A DNA stretch of 41,844 bases from an uncultured Syntrophobacterales bacterium (GCA_964346935.1 CAYFXP010000278.1:1-41844); one strand, 5' to 3'; shown: positions 9,167 through 19,501, numbered from the stretch's first letter. Numbers and translations: made by a program. The notes: generated from the letters alone by a model not told the origin.

Positions 9167-9195
9167 TTGACTTGGATCCTGTATTCAACTAATAT
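9167..9195 (+). promoter_or_regulatory. Candidate sigma-70 promoter (TTGACT-17-TAATAT) for the ABC importer operon
   Basis: TTGACT at 9167-9172, a 17-nt spacer and TAATAT at 9190-9195. This leaves a leader of roughly 150 nt before ATG 9352. Confidence 0.45.
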
Positions 9196-9351
9196 CGAAC
9201 TGCTCGGATATTTCCGGATCGGCGAGGGGTGACCATCGTTTGATCTGCCCGATATACTCACGTGGATACGGCCGAGGATGGACTGGAGCAGGAAGTCCGT
9301 GGGGACATGGACTGTTAATAGAGGTATCCCCTAAAGAAAGGAGGTAATGGT

Positions 9352-10470
9352 ATGAAAACCCAAAAGACCAAGAAGGAGGGATTGACCCGAAGGGAGTTCA
9401 TGGGAAAAACGGCGGTGGGCGTAGCCGCCATGGGTGGGCTAACCATGATGCCGAATTTCTCGGCCAGCGCCGCCGAGAAACCTTTGAAGGTTGCCGTCTA
9501 TGGGGGGTTCTTTAAGAAGGTGCTCGATAAGGAGCTCTTCGCACCCTTCCAAAAGGAGACGGGCATCGCAGTCGAATCCCAGGCGGAACCCACTGGGCCG
9601 GTGATGATCCAACAAGTCCGAAGTGCAGTGAAGGCTGGCGAGGCGCCCGTGGATGTGGCGATTTTCTCCGTGACCGCGGTGTTACGCGGAATGAAGGAAG
9701 GTCTCTGGGCGTCCTATTCGGAATCGGAGATACCCAACCTCAAATATCTGGCCAAGCCGTTTTTCCGCCGAGATGCCAAGGGAAGGCTGGTCGGGATCGG
9801 GGCGTTGTCCTGGTATATCAACCTGGTGTACAACTACGACGTTATTAAGTACAAACCTGACTCTTACAGGGCCTTTTGGGACCCTAAACACAAGGATCAG
9901 CTCGGCCTGTTGAAGCTCGTGGATAACAGCTTTCTCCTGGAGATCACCTCGACGACGTTCTTTGGCGGAAAGAAGATCCTCGATACGAAGAACGGCATCT
10001 TGAAGGTCATGAAGAAGCTGAGCGAGGTAAAGCCTAATGTGAAAATGTGGTACGAAAGCGAGGCCACATTCGAACAGGCCCTCAAGACCGGGGAGGTCCC
10101 CATGGGACAACTGTATCATGATGTGACCACGGTCATGGCGAGCAAGGGTGCTCATGTGAGAAGCGTGTTCCCCAAAGAGGGCGGCGTCCTCGACCATGGA
10201 GAGTGGATGCTTCTCAGCACCAGCAAAAAGGCCAAAGAAGCCCATGTCTTCGTGAACTACTGCTGCGCTCCAAAGGTTCAGGACAGGGTGAGCTTGGCTC
10301 TCGGCACATCGCCAACAGTAAGTCCCCAGTATCTCACCCTTACCAAGAAGGACTACGGGGCCATTGCTGGCCCAGGTCCTGATGCAGCCATTACTCCGTA
10401 TTACGAGCTCTTCACCGGGGAAAAGGAGACGTGGCTCAAGGAGAAATGGAACGAGATGATTCTTAAGTGA
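9352..10470 (+). CDS. ABC transporter periplasmic substrate-binding protein (PotD/PotF-like, Tat-type signal)
   Basis: RBS AAAGGAGG and a twin-arginine-like signal TRREFMGKTAVGVAAMGG. It is the first gene of an operon that continues with an ATPase and two permeases. Confidence 0.75.
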   Translation: MKTQKTKKEGLTRREFMGKTAVGVAAMGGLTMMPNFSASAAEKPLKVAVYGGFFKKVLDKELFAPFQKETGIAVESQAEPTGPVMIQQVRSAVKAGEAPVDVAIFSVTAVLRGMKEGLWASYSESEIPNLKYLAKPFFRRDAKGRLVGIGALSWYINLVYNYDVIKYKPDSYRAFWDPKHKDQLGLLKLVDNSFLLEITSTTFFGGKKILDTKNGILKVMKKLSEVKPNVKMWYESEATFEQALKTGEVPMGQLYHDVTTVMASKGAHVRSVFPKEGGVLDHGEWMLLSTSKKAKEAHVFVNYCCAPKVQDRVSLALGTSPTVSPQYLTLTKKDYGAIAGPGPDAAITPYYELFTGEKETWLKEKWNEMILK

Positions 10471-10498
10471 TACAAGGGGAACCGAGGGGTTCAGGGAT

Positions 10499-11581
10499 AT
10501 GGGACGCGTTGAACTGAGAAACCTCTCCAAAACCTTTGCGCCCAACATCCGGGCGGTGGAAAACGTTGACCTGGCCATCGAGGAAGGGGAGTTCGTCACG
10601 CTTCTTGGCCCGAGCGGATGCGGCAAAACTCGTACCTTGCGCCTTGTTGCCGGGTTCGAGGAGCCCACCAGTGGCCAGATTTTCATCGACGGTCAGGACG
10701 TGACGGCTCTCCCTCCTTACCGCAGGAATGCCGGCATGGTCTTCCAATCCCTTGCCCTGTTCCCCCACATGGACGTCTTCGACAATATCGCCTATGGCAT
10801 GCGCATCCGGAAGCTTTCAGGCGCTGATATAGGCGAGAAGGTTATAGAGCTCCTCAACCTCGTCAAGCTCTCAGGTATGGAGAGGAGGAAGATTCAGCAG
10901 CTCAGCGGTGGACAGCAGCAACGGGTGGCCTTCGCCAGGGCGCTGGCCATGAATCCATCGGTCTTCCTCCTTGACGAGCCCTTTGCCGCCCTGGACAAGA
11001 ACCTGCGGGAGGAGATGCAGGTTGAGCTCAGGAGACTGCAGAAGCGGATACAGATAACCACAATTTTCGTGACCCACAACCAGAGGGAGGCCATGTCCAT
11101 GTCCGATCGGATTGTGGTAATGAACCAAGGACGAATCGACCAGGTGGGAAGTCCTCGGGAGATTTACCTCAATCCCGCCTCCCCATTTGTGGCCAACTTC
11201 ATCGGGACAATTAACCTAATACCGGCAACGGTACAGGGGGTGGACCATGAGGCCGTCCACCTCATGACCCCCGATGGGCGAATCTCCCTCACCGAGACGG
11301 ATCTCGAAGTGGCCGATGGAAAGGAATGTCTCATTTCAATTCGCCCTGAATCGGTTCGACTCAGCGTTGAAACGGATAAATCCGGCGAAAATAGTTTCCT
11401 CGGCACGGTTGATTTCAAACGACATGTAGGGGAACTCATCGAGTATTACATCCGTACCCGGGCTGGTCAGGAGATTATTGCGTCCTATCAGACGGGAAGA
11501 TCCGAGTTTTTTGAGGGAGACACGGTCCGGGTGATCCTAGACCGGCAAGCGTTTCGGCTGTTGGAGAAGGATACGTTGTGA
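10499..11581 (+). CDS. ABC transporter ATP-binding protein (PotA/MalK-type with a C-terminal TOBE-like domain)
   Basis: Walker A GPSGCGKT, signature LSGGQQQR, Walker B FLLDEP, H-loop VTHNQ. Confidence 0.9.
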   Translation: MGRVELRNLSKTFAPNIRAVENVDLAIEEGEFVTLLGPSGCGKTRTLRLVAGFEEPTSGQIFIDGQDVTALPPYRRNAGMVFQSLALFPHMDVFDNIAYGMRIRKLSGADIGEKVIELLNLVKLSGMERRKIQQLSGGQQQRVAFARALAMNPSVFLLDEPFAALDKNLREEMQVELRRLQKRIQITTIFVTHNQREAMSMSDRIVVMNQGRIDQVGSPREIYLNPASPFVANFIGTINLIPATVQGVDHEAVHLMTPDGRISLTETDLEVADGKECLISIRPESVRLSVETDKSGENSFLGTVDFKRHVGELIEYYIRTRAGQEIIASYQTGRSEFFEGDTVRVILDRQAFRLLEKDTL

Positions 11582-12438
11582 GGCGCCAAGGAGGGAGGCT
11601 CAAGTACATTGTGGCTTACCCTCTGGGGATGCTGATCATCTTTTTTCTCATCCCCCTGGCCATGCTTGTCGCCTTCAGCTTTTACTATCACCCTCCGGGG
11701 GGGTTCTACGAACCGGCATTCACCCTGGAGAACTATATACGCTTCTTCACCAAGCCGCTCTACCTCAAAAGGCTGGCTTTTACCGTAGAAATCTCCGCGC
11801 TTACCGCCGTCCTCTGCCTTCTTTTGGGATATCCCTTTACGTATTACCTCACACGGATCGCGTCGAAAAAGCGTTTTTATATCATCTTGGTAATCAGCAC
11901 ACTGTGGCTGTCGTACATTATCCGAAGCTATGCGTGGACCGTTATTCTTTCCAAGCACGCGGGAATCAGCAATCTGTTCGCCTGGATGGGCCTTATCGAG
12001 CAAACCCGGAGCTACACGCCTGGCCTTCTCGCCGTGATTATCGGTCTGGTTTATGTCTTCATGCCCTTCATCATTCTGACCCTCTACGGCACGCTCAAGG
12101 GCATCAGCCGAGAATACGAAGAGGCCTCGTTGAATCTGGGGGCTGGACCCTGGAAGACCTTTGTAAACGTGACGCTTCCCCTCTCAAAGGATGGCATTAT
12201 CTCCGGAGCTCTGCTCGTATTCATCCTTACGTTGGGGGCCTATGTGGTGCCTTCTATTCTGGGCAGGCCCCGGCAGTGGACAATGGCCATCATTATCGGT
12301 GATCAGGCAACCTATGAGTCAAACGTGCCCTTTGGAGCCTCCATGGCCCTTATTTTGATGGTTTTCGCAATTGTGACTATTTGGATAATCGCCAAGCTGG
12401 CCGGTACAAAGAGCCTCTCAATGGGGGCCAAGGGATGA
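11578..12438 (+). CDS. ABC transporter permease (PotB-like)
   Basis: Multi-pass membrane protein with the EAA-like loop YEEASLNLGAGPWKTF. The GTG start overlaps the upstream stop. Confidence 0.85.
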   Translation: MRRQGGRLKYIVAYPLGMLIIFFLIPLAMLVAFSFYYHPPGGFYEPAFTLENYIRFFTKPLYLKRLAFTVEISALTAVLCLLLGYPFTYYLTRIASKKRFYIILVISTLWLSYIIRSYAWTVILSKHAGISNLFAWMGLIEQTRSYTPGLLAVIIGLVYVFMPFIILTLYGTLKGISREYEEASLNLGAGPWKTFVNVTLPLSKDGIISGALLVFILTLGAYVVPSILGRPRQWTMAIIIGDQATYESNVPFGASMALILMVFAIVTIWIIAKLAGTKSLSMGAKG

Positions 12439-13223
12439 AGCTCCAAAGGACGGGCAGAGTTATCCTGGGGGCATACTTCGGATCCATCGTGATCTTCTTG
12501 ACCGTTCCCCTGCTGATTGTGATCGCCGTTTCATTCACATCGGATATCTTCATGGTTTTTCCACCGAAGGGACTCTCCCTGCAGTGGTATAGAGAGTTTC
12601 TGCAGGCGTCGGATTGGCGTGAGGCTATCAGGGACAGCCTGATCATCGCCAGCGGCACGGCCATTCTGTCGACTTCCATCGCCCTTGTGTTGGCCTTCGT
12701 CCTCAACAGATACGATATTCGTTTCGCCAATGCCATCAGAACATTGGGGCTGTTGCCCTTTCTTCTGCCGCCGGTCATCATCGGAATCGCTTTTATGGCC
12801 TTCTTCTATTCCATGGGCTACTCCGGAAACGTTCTCAACGTTATCATTGCGCACGGCATCTTTTACACCACCCTGCCTCTGATGCTGATTTCCCTGGGAT
12901 TTGAGTCGGTAAACAGGGAGCTGGAAGAGGCGGCAATGAACCTGGGGGCCACGGAATTGAGGGTATTTACCACAGTCACGCTTCCCCTGGTTCGGAACGA
13001 CATCTTTGCGGGAGTCCTCTTTTCCTTCATCCTTTCCCTCAACGAGTATTTCATTGCTTTTCTCGTGGCGGGATTCACCGTGACCACACTCCCCATAAAG
13101 ATCTTCTCTTCCCTTCGATATTCTTATTCCCCAGCCATTGCGGCAGTTTCGGTCTTCTTTATCCTCATAACAACCGTCGTTGTCGTCGTCATCGACAGGC
13201 TAACGGAGGGGATGTGGGAATAG
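12435..13223 (+). CDS. ABC transporter permease (PotC-like)
   Basis: The ATG overlaps the upstream stop (ATGA). EAA loop LEEAAMNLGATELRVF. Confidence 0.85.
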   Translation: MKLQRTGRVILGAYFGSIVIFLTVPLLIVIAVSFTSDIFMVFPPKGLSLQWYREFLQASDWREAIRDSLIIASGTAILSTSIALVLAFVLNRYDIRFANAIRTLGLLPFLLPPVIIGIAFMAFFYSMGYSGNVLNVIIAHGIFYTTLPLMLISLGFESVNRELEEAAMNLGATELRVFTTVTLPLVRNDIFAGVLFSFILSLNEYFIAFLVAGFTVTTLPIKIFSSLRYSYSPAIAAVSVFFILITTVVVVVIDRLTEGMWE

Positions 13224-13304
13224 CCGATGACACCGGAGCGGAGGGAAGGAAACCATGCCCATTTAATCATCAGCATAAACTATGTTACGGGATAGGAGGG
13301 AGAT

Positions 13305-14147
13305 GTGGGAGTCACAAGTGAATATGGAAGATTGCGAATAGTGGCATTATGTAAACCTGACTTCTATAGGTGGGTCCCTATCAACGAACCTGCGGCAAAA
13401 GCCATAAGAGAAGGACAGACCTTTGAACCTGGGGAGGCAAAAAAGCAGCATCAAGAGTTTTCGGATATGCTAACCTCAGCTGGGATAAAGGCGCTGTATG
13501 TTGAATGTAGGAAGGACCGCTGTTATCAGGTTTATACGAGGGATATTGGTGTTTCTACTACGAAGGGGGTATTGCTGGGGAGATTCAGGGAATCCCTGAG
13601 GGAAGGTGAGGAGGATTTCGCTGAGGAGGCATTTACCAAAGAAGGCATTCCTATTTTAGGCAGAGTGTTGAGGGGGTCCTTGGAGGGAGGGGATATTCAT
13701 TATGTGGATGATGAGACTATGGCTATCGGGGTTGGTGCCAGATCCACAATTGAGGGCATTAAGGAAGCCGAAAAAGCATTTAAGGGACTTGACCTCAAGG
13801 TAATTCCCGTTGAATTTCCAGAAAAATATCTCCACTTGGACTTGTTGTTTGTGGTGATCGGAGAACGCATCTGCGTGGCTTGCATTGAATCCCTGCCCAA
13901 TTCTTTTATCGAAATTTTGAGGGATAAAAGGTTTACAATACTCGAGGTGAGTGGAGAAGAAGCTATGGAATTGAAAAATAATGTGCTATCGCTTGATGGA
14001 AAAACAGTAGTATCATTTAAGGAAAATTTGAAGCTCAATGAAAAAATGGAAGCTTTAGGATTCGAAGTACTCAAGCCAGAGATAAATATCTTTACCAGGG
14101 GTGGAGGCGGCCCTCGATGTCTTACTTTTCCCTTGGAACGGGACTGA
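13305..14147 (+). CDS. Amidinotransferase-fold guanidino-group-modifying enzyme (DDAH / arginine-deiminase-like)
   Basis: The C-terminal GGGGPRCLTFPL carries the catalytic Cys typical of this superfamily. The size of about 280 aa is DDAH-like. GTG start is preceded by GGAGGGAG. Confidence 0.65.
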   Translation: MGVTSEYGRLRIVALCKPDFYRWVPINEPAAKAIREGQTFEPGEAKKQHQEFSDMLTSAGIKALYVECRKDRCYQVYTRDIGVSTTKGVLLGRFRESLREGEEDFAEEAFTKEGIPILGRVLRGSLEGGDIHYVDDETMAIGVGARSTIEGIKEAEKAFKGLDLKVIPVEFPEKYLHLDLLFVVIGERICVACIESLPNSFIEILRDKRFTILEVSGEEAMELKNNVLSLDGKTVVSFKENLKLNEKMEALGFEVLKPEINIFTRGGGGPRCLTFPLERD

Positions 14148-14194
14148 GGGACGAAGAATCCACCGAGTTGAAGCACGTCGCGAGGAGGATTAGT

Positions 14195-15322
14195 TCAGGA
14201 CCCTCGGTTTAAGATATCCTTCAACGCCCTGATAAAGCGCCGGTTTTGTTCCCTGGTGCCGATGGTGAGCCTGATGAAATGAGGGAGTTCCCAGATATTT
14301 CCCGGGCGGACGATGATGCCCCTTTCCAGCATCCTTTGAAAAACGAGCGTGGAATCGAGCCCAACGTCGATGAAGATGAAGTTGGCCTCCGTGGGGACGA
14401 ACTTCACGCCCATGCCCGAAAGCTCCCGATAGAGGTAAACTCTTTCCCGATGGACGAGGCTTATCGTCCTTTCGAGGTGTTTACGATCTTGCAGGGCCGC
14501 CAGGGCCCCGATCTGGGCAAGGGCGTTGACGTTGAAGGGTTCCTTGACCCGTCGGAGAAGATGGATCAACTCGGATTTGCCTACTCCATAGCCAATGCGA
14601 ATCCCACCCAGGCCGTAGACCTTGGAGAAGGTTCGCAGGACGATCACATTTCCTCCCCGCCGAACATATTCAATCCCATCGGGATAGCCCGGGTCGGATA
14701 CAAAGTCGCAATAGGCCTCATCGAAAACCACCACGGGTTCCGGTGGAATCCTCTTGAAAAAGGCGTCGAGCTCATCTCTGGTCACAATCGTCCCCGTAGG
14801 GTTCATGGGATTACAGATGAAGACGAGTTTTGTCTTCTCATCTATTTTCTCGGCCATATCATCGAGATCAATCCGATATTCCAGAAGACGGCTGAAACAG
14901 ACGATCCCTCCCATGATCCTGACAACAGTTTCATAGGCGTCAAAGGCGGGATGGGGGATGACACAGCGTTCCCCTTCGTTGATAAAGGCCTTTCCTATCA
15001 GGGTAACTATCTCTTCGCCTCCATTTCCGAAAATAAGGTAATCGGGCGGTACCCCGAGGGTCTCCGAGAAGGCATTCCTGAGCTCGTGGCTCTCCGCATC
15101 CGGGTAGAGATGAATTCGATCTACCGCCCTCTTAATCGCCTTCACGGCGAGAGCAGAGGGACCCAAGGGGTTTTCATTGGATGCCAGCTTGATCACGTCA
15201 TTCAAACCCAGTTCCCGCTTGATCTCCTGTATCGGCTTCCCGGGAATGTAGGGCTTAATTTCGTGAATCCCTTTCCGAGCAAGATTTTTTCCCTCACGTC
15301 TCATCATCCTGATCCTTTCCAC
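14195..15322 (-). CDS. hisC: Histidinol-phosphate aminotransferase
   Basis: Typical HisC hallmarks: IKPYIPGKP, KLASNENPLGPS, and FSKVYGLGGIRIGY containing the PLP lysine. Confidence 0.85.
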   Translation of the reverse strand: MERIRMMRREGKNLARKGIHEIKPYIPGKPIQEIKRELGLNDVIKLASNENPLGPSALAVKAIKRAVDRIHLYPDAESHELRNAFSETLGVPPDYLIFGNGGEEIVTLIGKAFINEGERCVIPHPAFDAYETVVRIMGGIVCFSRLLEYRIDLDDMAEKIDEKTKLVFICNPMNPTGTIVTRDELDAFFKRIPPEPVVVFDEAYCDFVSDPGYPDGIEYVRRGGNVIVLRTFSKVYGLGGIRIGYGVGKSELIHLLRRVKEPFNVNALAQIGALAALQDRKHLERTISLVHRERVYLYRELSGMGVKFVPTEANFIFIDVGLDSTLVFQRMLERGIIVRPGNIWELPHFIRLTIGTREQNRRFIRALKDILNRGS

Positions 15323-16005
15323 CGAATGTACCTAAACCATCTCCCCAGAGGATAACCGGGATCCCCTTTTCCCACCCCTTTTTCAAGTGGATATCCGACG
15401 GGGGGGACCTTTTGCCGCTTTGCTCACCTATGCCTGATTTTCCAATTGATTTTAGCATGTTATGGCGGCATTACTCTCTCATGATTTTCACTCTTAGTCA
15501 ACCGTCGGATTGATTATGAGGGGAACCCTTTCTTGGGAGATTCGTCAGTATGGACGTGCTCTTCAGGAACGTTGAAGGCTCCTGTATTGCCAAACCCATG
15601 TCTCAGCTCCCCGGAAAGCATGACCCAAAGCGGCGAAGCATCGTCCCTTTTACTTGTTGGGAATCTGAAGATCATTATTCCCGTAGAGTCCGTTATTCCC
15701 CTCGCGGGCTGAAATCGCGAGGAAATAGGAGATATTTCGAGAAAATCTGGGATTTGATGAAATATTCGAATCCCCTAAGTCGTATCCGGAAAAATGCAAT
15801 AAATAGCGACAAAGAGCAGTAAATACTATGAGCCCATAATTATCAAGGAAAGGAGTTTATTTTTGCGGACATCTGTGATAACAAAAGAAAAAGAGTAACC
15901 CTGTAAGAGCCGATCGGCCCAATTTGATATTTTTCGGAAGTATCTTGTTATGCCATATCCGTTTATGGTAAGAAAAACAACAAAAAGAGGGAAGGAGAAG
16001 GTTTC

Positions 16006-16797
16006 ATGAGGAATAGGGCAATAGCTTGGCTGGTTGTTTTGTCGTTTTTCATGGTTCTAGCTGGCCTAACCGGCTGTGCTAAGAACGCGTACTTCGGGGT
16101 TCGGAACAAAGCCGTCGGTGTGCCCGACGATTTTGCTCAAACCGAGGCGGCCATTGAAAAGGCGGAGAAATCTCCAGGGGCTCAGTATGCCCCTGAGAAG
16201 ATTGCCAAGGCCCAGGAGTTGGCGAGGAAGGGGGTCGAGACCTACTGGGGTTGTCGTACCAAAGAGGCAATGGCCTTATTAGCAGAGGCCCGTAATCTGG
16301 CTCAACAGGCCGAGTTGGCTCAGGCGCCCCCCAAACCTGCCCCGCCTAAACCGGTAGTGAAAGCCGCTCCATCGCCTCCGGCTGCCAAGCCCGCGGCAGC
16401 ACCCCCAGCAGCAACCCCTGCCGTGCCAAAGCCGGTGGCTGTTCCGCCTGCACCGAAGAAGATCATCATTCTAAGAGGGGTATACTTCGGGTTCGATTCG
16501 GCCAAACTCACCCCCCAAAGTCGGGCCATTCTGGATAAGCACGTGGCTGTCTTAAAGGAAGAACAACATGTCAGGGTGGAAATTGCGGGCCATAGCGATG
16601 GCACCGGCCCAGAGAATTATAATCAGGGGCTTTCGGAGAGAAGGGCGAAATCGGTGATGGAGTACCTTATTTCAAAGGGTGTCCCTCCGGAGAATCTTAC
16701 GGCAGTGGGTTATGGAGAATCTAGTCCCATTGCCTCTAACATCACGAAGGAGGGTCGTGAGGCAAACAGGAGGGTTGAGTTTAGAATCTTTGAATAG
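16006..16797 (+). CDS. OmpA/Pal-family lipoprotein with a Pro/Ala-rich linker
   Basis: Lipobox LTGC. Low-complexity linker APPKPAPPKP...VPPAPKK at about nt 16318-16461. C-terminal OmpA domain: FDSAKL...IAGHSDGTGPENYNQGLSERRAKSV...NRRVEF. Confidence 0.85.
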   Translation: MRNRAIAWLVVLSFFMVLAGLTGCAKNAYFGVRNKAVGVPDDFAQTEAAIEKAEKSPGAQYAPEKIAKAQELARKGVETYWGCRTKEAMALLAEARNLAQQAELAQAPPKPAPPKPVVKAAPSPPAAKPAAAPPAATPAVPKPVAVPPAPKKIIILRGVYFGFDSAKLTPQSRAILDKHVAVLKEEQHVRVEIAGHSDGTGPENYNQGLSERRAKSVMEYLISKGVPPENLTAVGYGESSPIASNITKEGREANRRVEFRIFE

Positions 16798-16910
16798 AAG
16801 GTATTTTTGGCTGCCGAGGGCTATGGTTCGTTTGGACGGCTGAGAAACTCTGGCCTGCGAGGGAAGGCATGATATAGAGCAGGTATCCAAACGGGCAATA
16901 TTTCATCCAG

Positions 16911-16948
16911 AAAAATCAGGGTCAATTTGACCCTGATTTTTTTTGTAA
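16911..16948 (+). terminator. Bidirectional rho-independent terminator
   Basis: aaaaatcagggtcaa / ttgaccctgatttttttt is a near-perfect hairpin flanked by an A-run and a T-run. Confidence 0.75.
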
Positions 16949-17096
16949 CCGCCTTTATGTTCTGCTATTATGGCTCGTATCTCCCTTTCTGTTCGCCAGG
17001 TCGTATCTGTGTCAAGCAGGCTGTTGGTTGGGATACGTTTCTGCTAACCAATGGGAATATAACATTTAACCAAAACGGAGAGAAGGAGGTGATAAA

Positions 17097-17330
17097 GTGG
17101 TCAAGGCCTATATCTTGGTGAGTTTAGTTCCCGGGCTAGAAGCCAATACCATACCCCAGATCAGTGTTCTCCCGGGGGTTCAGGAAACAGATTTGGTCTT
17201 CGGCCGCTGGGATGTAGTAGTACAAGTTGAAGCCAAAAGCATACCTGACCTTTCCCAGATGGTTATCAATCAGATTCGGGGGTTACAGGGTGTCCAAACC
17301 ACGGAGACGCTGATAGGGGGCGTAATCTAG
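17097..17330 (+). CDS. Stand-alone Lrp/AsnC-type ligand-binding (RAM) domain protein
   Basis: GTG start after GAAGGAGG. 77 aa reading ...YILVSLVPG...VQETDLVFGRWDVVVQVEA..., which looks like an AsnC_trans_reg fold. Confidence 0.6.
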   Translation: MVKAYILVSLVPGLEANTIPQISVLPGVQETDLVFGRWDVVVQVEAKSIPDLSQMVINQIRGLQGVQTTETLIGGVI

Positions 17331-17526
17331 GATCGATTTGAAGAAGGCGGTGCAAGTTCCCCTCCTGACGAGGAACGATAGGTCTGGATCCAGAACGTTT
17401 CCTTTCCATCCCCTCAAGTAGCTGCCCTGGAGATATCTCTCGGGGTTGCTGCCAAATGGCAAGCGATCTCCATTGAAGAATGAACAATAACGAGCTGAAC
17501 CTGCCCTTTTCACACAGAGAGTTACC

Positions 17527-19410
17527 ATGAATGTGCTCGGCGGAAAAATAATGCGGGTGGATCTTTCTGCGAGAAAAGTGAATCTCGAGAGTTACAAGAA
17601 ATACGCGGAATGGATTGGGGGACAGGGAGTCAATCAATACATTCTGTTCAGCGAGTTGCCCTTGGGTATTTCCCCCTACGACCCATCTAATATCATTGTG
17701 GTGGGGACGGGGCCACTGGTTGGCACATCGGCGCCGGGCGCGTGTCGAACCAATATAGACACGCTCAATCCCCTCACGGGCGGGATAGGCTCCAGCAACG
17801 TTGGGGGTAATTTCGGCAGGGAACTGAGATTTGCGGGCATAAACAACCTCGTCATCAAGGGGAAGGCTGACGACCTCGTCTACCTTTGCAACGAGGACGA
17901 GCGCGTTGATATTATCGACGCTCCTCACCTGCGAGGCAAGACGGTCTCCCAGACGGCCGAGCTTCTCCATAAGGAGCTCGGAGATCAGTTCAAATTGATG
18001 ATCATAGGACCTGCCGGTGAGAATCTCGCCAGGTCTGCGTGCGTCATTGTGGATGAGGCCAGGGCAGCGGGCCGGTGTGGGATCGGGGCGGTGATGGGAT
18101 CCAAGAATTTGAAGGCCATTGCGGTGAGGGAAACCGGGGCAGTTGAGGCGGCCCATCAAGGCAATTTCGATTATGTCGCAAAAGAGTGTGTAGACAGAAT
18201 CAACGCGAGCCCCTTCGCGATGGCGGCACGACGTTATGGTGTCTACCGCCAAGAGCCATGGGAGATCGAAAGCCCTTACCGGAATTTTTCCGGGGGGATC
18301 CCCAGCCCGGAAAAAAAAGAGCGAATACTGCCGGACGCATTTTTGCCATACATGGTGGCCTCAAAAACCTGCGGATCCTGTCCCATGCACTGTTGGAAGG
18401 TCTATCGGGTTATAAAAGAGGGAAAGCCCGTAGCGAGTGAGGCCTTGCAATTCAACTCCATTCACAACTTCGCCGCCAGACTGGACTTGTTCGATCCCGA
18501 AGCGATTCTCAGGGCCCATGCCCTGTGCAATGACCTTGGCTTGGACGAAGATAACGCCAGCGGAGCGATTGCCTGGGCATTCGAGTGCTATGAGAAGGGG
18601 TTGATCACGAAAAAAGAAACCGGTGGCCTCAAGCTTCGATGGGGGAATGAAGAGGCTGTTTCCGAGCTTCTCACGAGCATTGCCCACCGGCGCGGCTTTG
18701 GGGACCTGTTGGCAGAGGGGTGTCGGGGGGCATCCGAGAAGCTCCCAGGGACCGGGGATTGCTGTATTCAGGTGAAGGGACAGGAGCTGTTCGAGACTCT
18801 GTGGGCGTGCCCAGCTTGGGCACTCGGGACGGTAGTGGCGGCAAGAGGGGGGACTCATACAAGGGGGGCCGTGAGGACTGAACGGCTCAAGGACGTATCG
18901 GGATCGCTCTGCCAGCGCCTTTTCGGAATCCCCTCGGTTGGGGAAAAAGGCTCTTATGAAAACAAGGAACGCCTGGTCTTCTTCTTCGAAAAACTCCAGG
19001 CGCTGTCTAATTCCCTGGGGATGTGCTACTTCGTGCATGGGTTGTGCGGGGTGGACATGCTTCTGCCCGAGGATTACGCCCGTCTGTATTCAGCGGCCAC
19101 CGGAAAAAAAGTCGACAGCGCCCGGATGATGCGCCTCGGAGAACGGATCTTCAATCTGGAGAAGTGCTTCAATGTCCTCCATACGAAATGGACCAGGGCA
19201 GATGATATGCCGCCGAAGCGGTTCACCACACAGCCCCTCGATGGAAGGTTCAACATTGACCCGGAGGCGTGGGAAGAGATGCTCGACCGCTACTACGAGC
19301 TGCACGGTTGGGGTAAAAAGACGGGGAAACCCCTTAAGCAGACCCTCAATCGCCTCGATCTCGGCGCACTAAGGGGAAGACTGGAAGAACATGGCAAGCT
19401 GCCAAGGTAG
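17527..19410 (+). CDS. aor: Aldehyde:ferredoxin oxidoreductase (tungstopterin AOR family)
   Basis: N-terminus GGKIMRVDLS. The length (627 aa) and internal motifs (GGIGSSNVGG, GPAGENL, Cys motif CGSCPMHC) are typical of the AOR family. Confidence 0.85.
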   Translation: MNVLGGKIMRVDLSARKVNLESYKKYAEWIGGQGVNQYILFSELPLGISPYDPSNIIVVGTGPLVGTSAPGACRTNIDTLNPLTGGIGSSNVGGNFGRELRFAGINNLVIKGKADDLVYLCNEDERVDIIDAPHLRGKTVSQTAELLHKELGDQFKLMIIGPAGENLARSACVIVDEARAAGRCGIGAVMGSKNLKAIAVRETGAVEAAHQGNFDYVAKECVDRINASPFAMAARRYGVYRQEPWEIESPYRNFSGGIPSPEKKERILPDAFLPYMVASKTCGSCPMHCWKVYRVIKEGKPVASEALQFNSIHNFAARLDLFDPEAILRAHALCNDLGLDEDNASGAIAWAFECYEKGLITKKETGGLKLRWGNEEAVSELLTSIAHRRGFGDLLAEGCRGASEKLPGTGDCCIQVKGQELFETLWACPAWALGTVVAARGGTHTRGAVRTERLKDVSGSLCQRLFGIPSVGEKGSYENKERLVFFFEKLQALSNSLGMCYFVHGLCGVDMLLPEDYARLYSAATGKKVDSARMMRLGERIFNLEKCFNVLHTKWTRADDMPPKRFTTQPLDGRFNIDPEAWEEMLDRYYELHGWGKKTGKPLKQTLNRLDLGALRGRLEEHGKLPR

Positions 19411-19501
19411 AATAGTGGAATAATGGAGTACTGGAATGATGGGTTCAACGGGTACATATTACCGTGATAGAGGTTAGAGGACCGTCCACGTGCGGGGGAC
19501 T

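Noticed and set aside
9682-10686. A 334-aa minus-strand ORF overlapping the ABC binding-protein and ATPase genes. Similar long antisense ORFs occur at 17266-18252, 20569-21501, 36982-37617 and 40116-40712.
   Set aside because: All lie opposite strongly supported genes in GC-rich stretches. They have Arg/Gly/Pro-rich shadow-like sequences and lack RBS signals.
14246-15355. A 369-aa ORF on the + strand covering the whole hisC locus.
   Set aside because: The minus-strand product has unmistakable HisC motifs (SNENPLGPS, PLP-lysine region). The + strand ORF has odd, low-information composition and is in the classic antisense shadow frame.
15700-15722. The hairpin cctcgcg-ggctgaaat-cgcgagg, which resembles a CRISPR repeat.
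   Set aside because: There is only a single copy, with no spacer-repeat periodicity and no cas genes nearby. It is probably an incidental intergenic hairpin.
15550-15822. A 90-aa ORF in the hisC/OmpA divergent intergenic region.
   Set aside because: It has no RBS, an Arg/Ser-rich biased composition and no recognisable motif. It lies in a likely promoter region.
16318-16461. The Pro/Ala-rich repetitive DNA as an independent repeat element.
   Set aside because: It is in frame within the OmpA/Pal-like gene and encodes a typical periplasmic-spanning linker.
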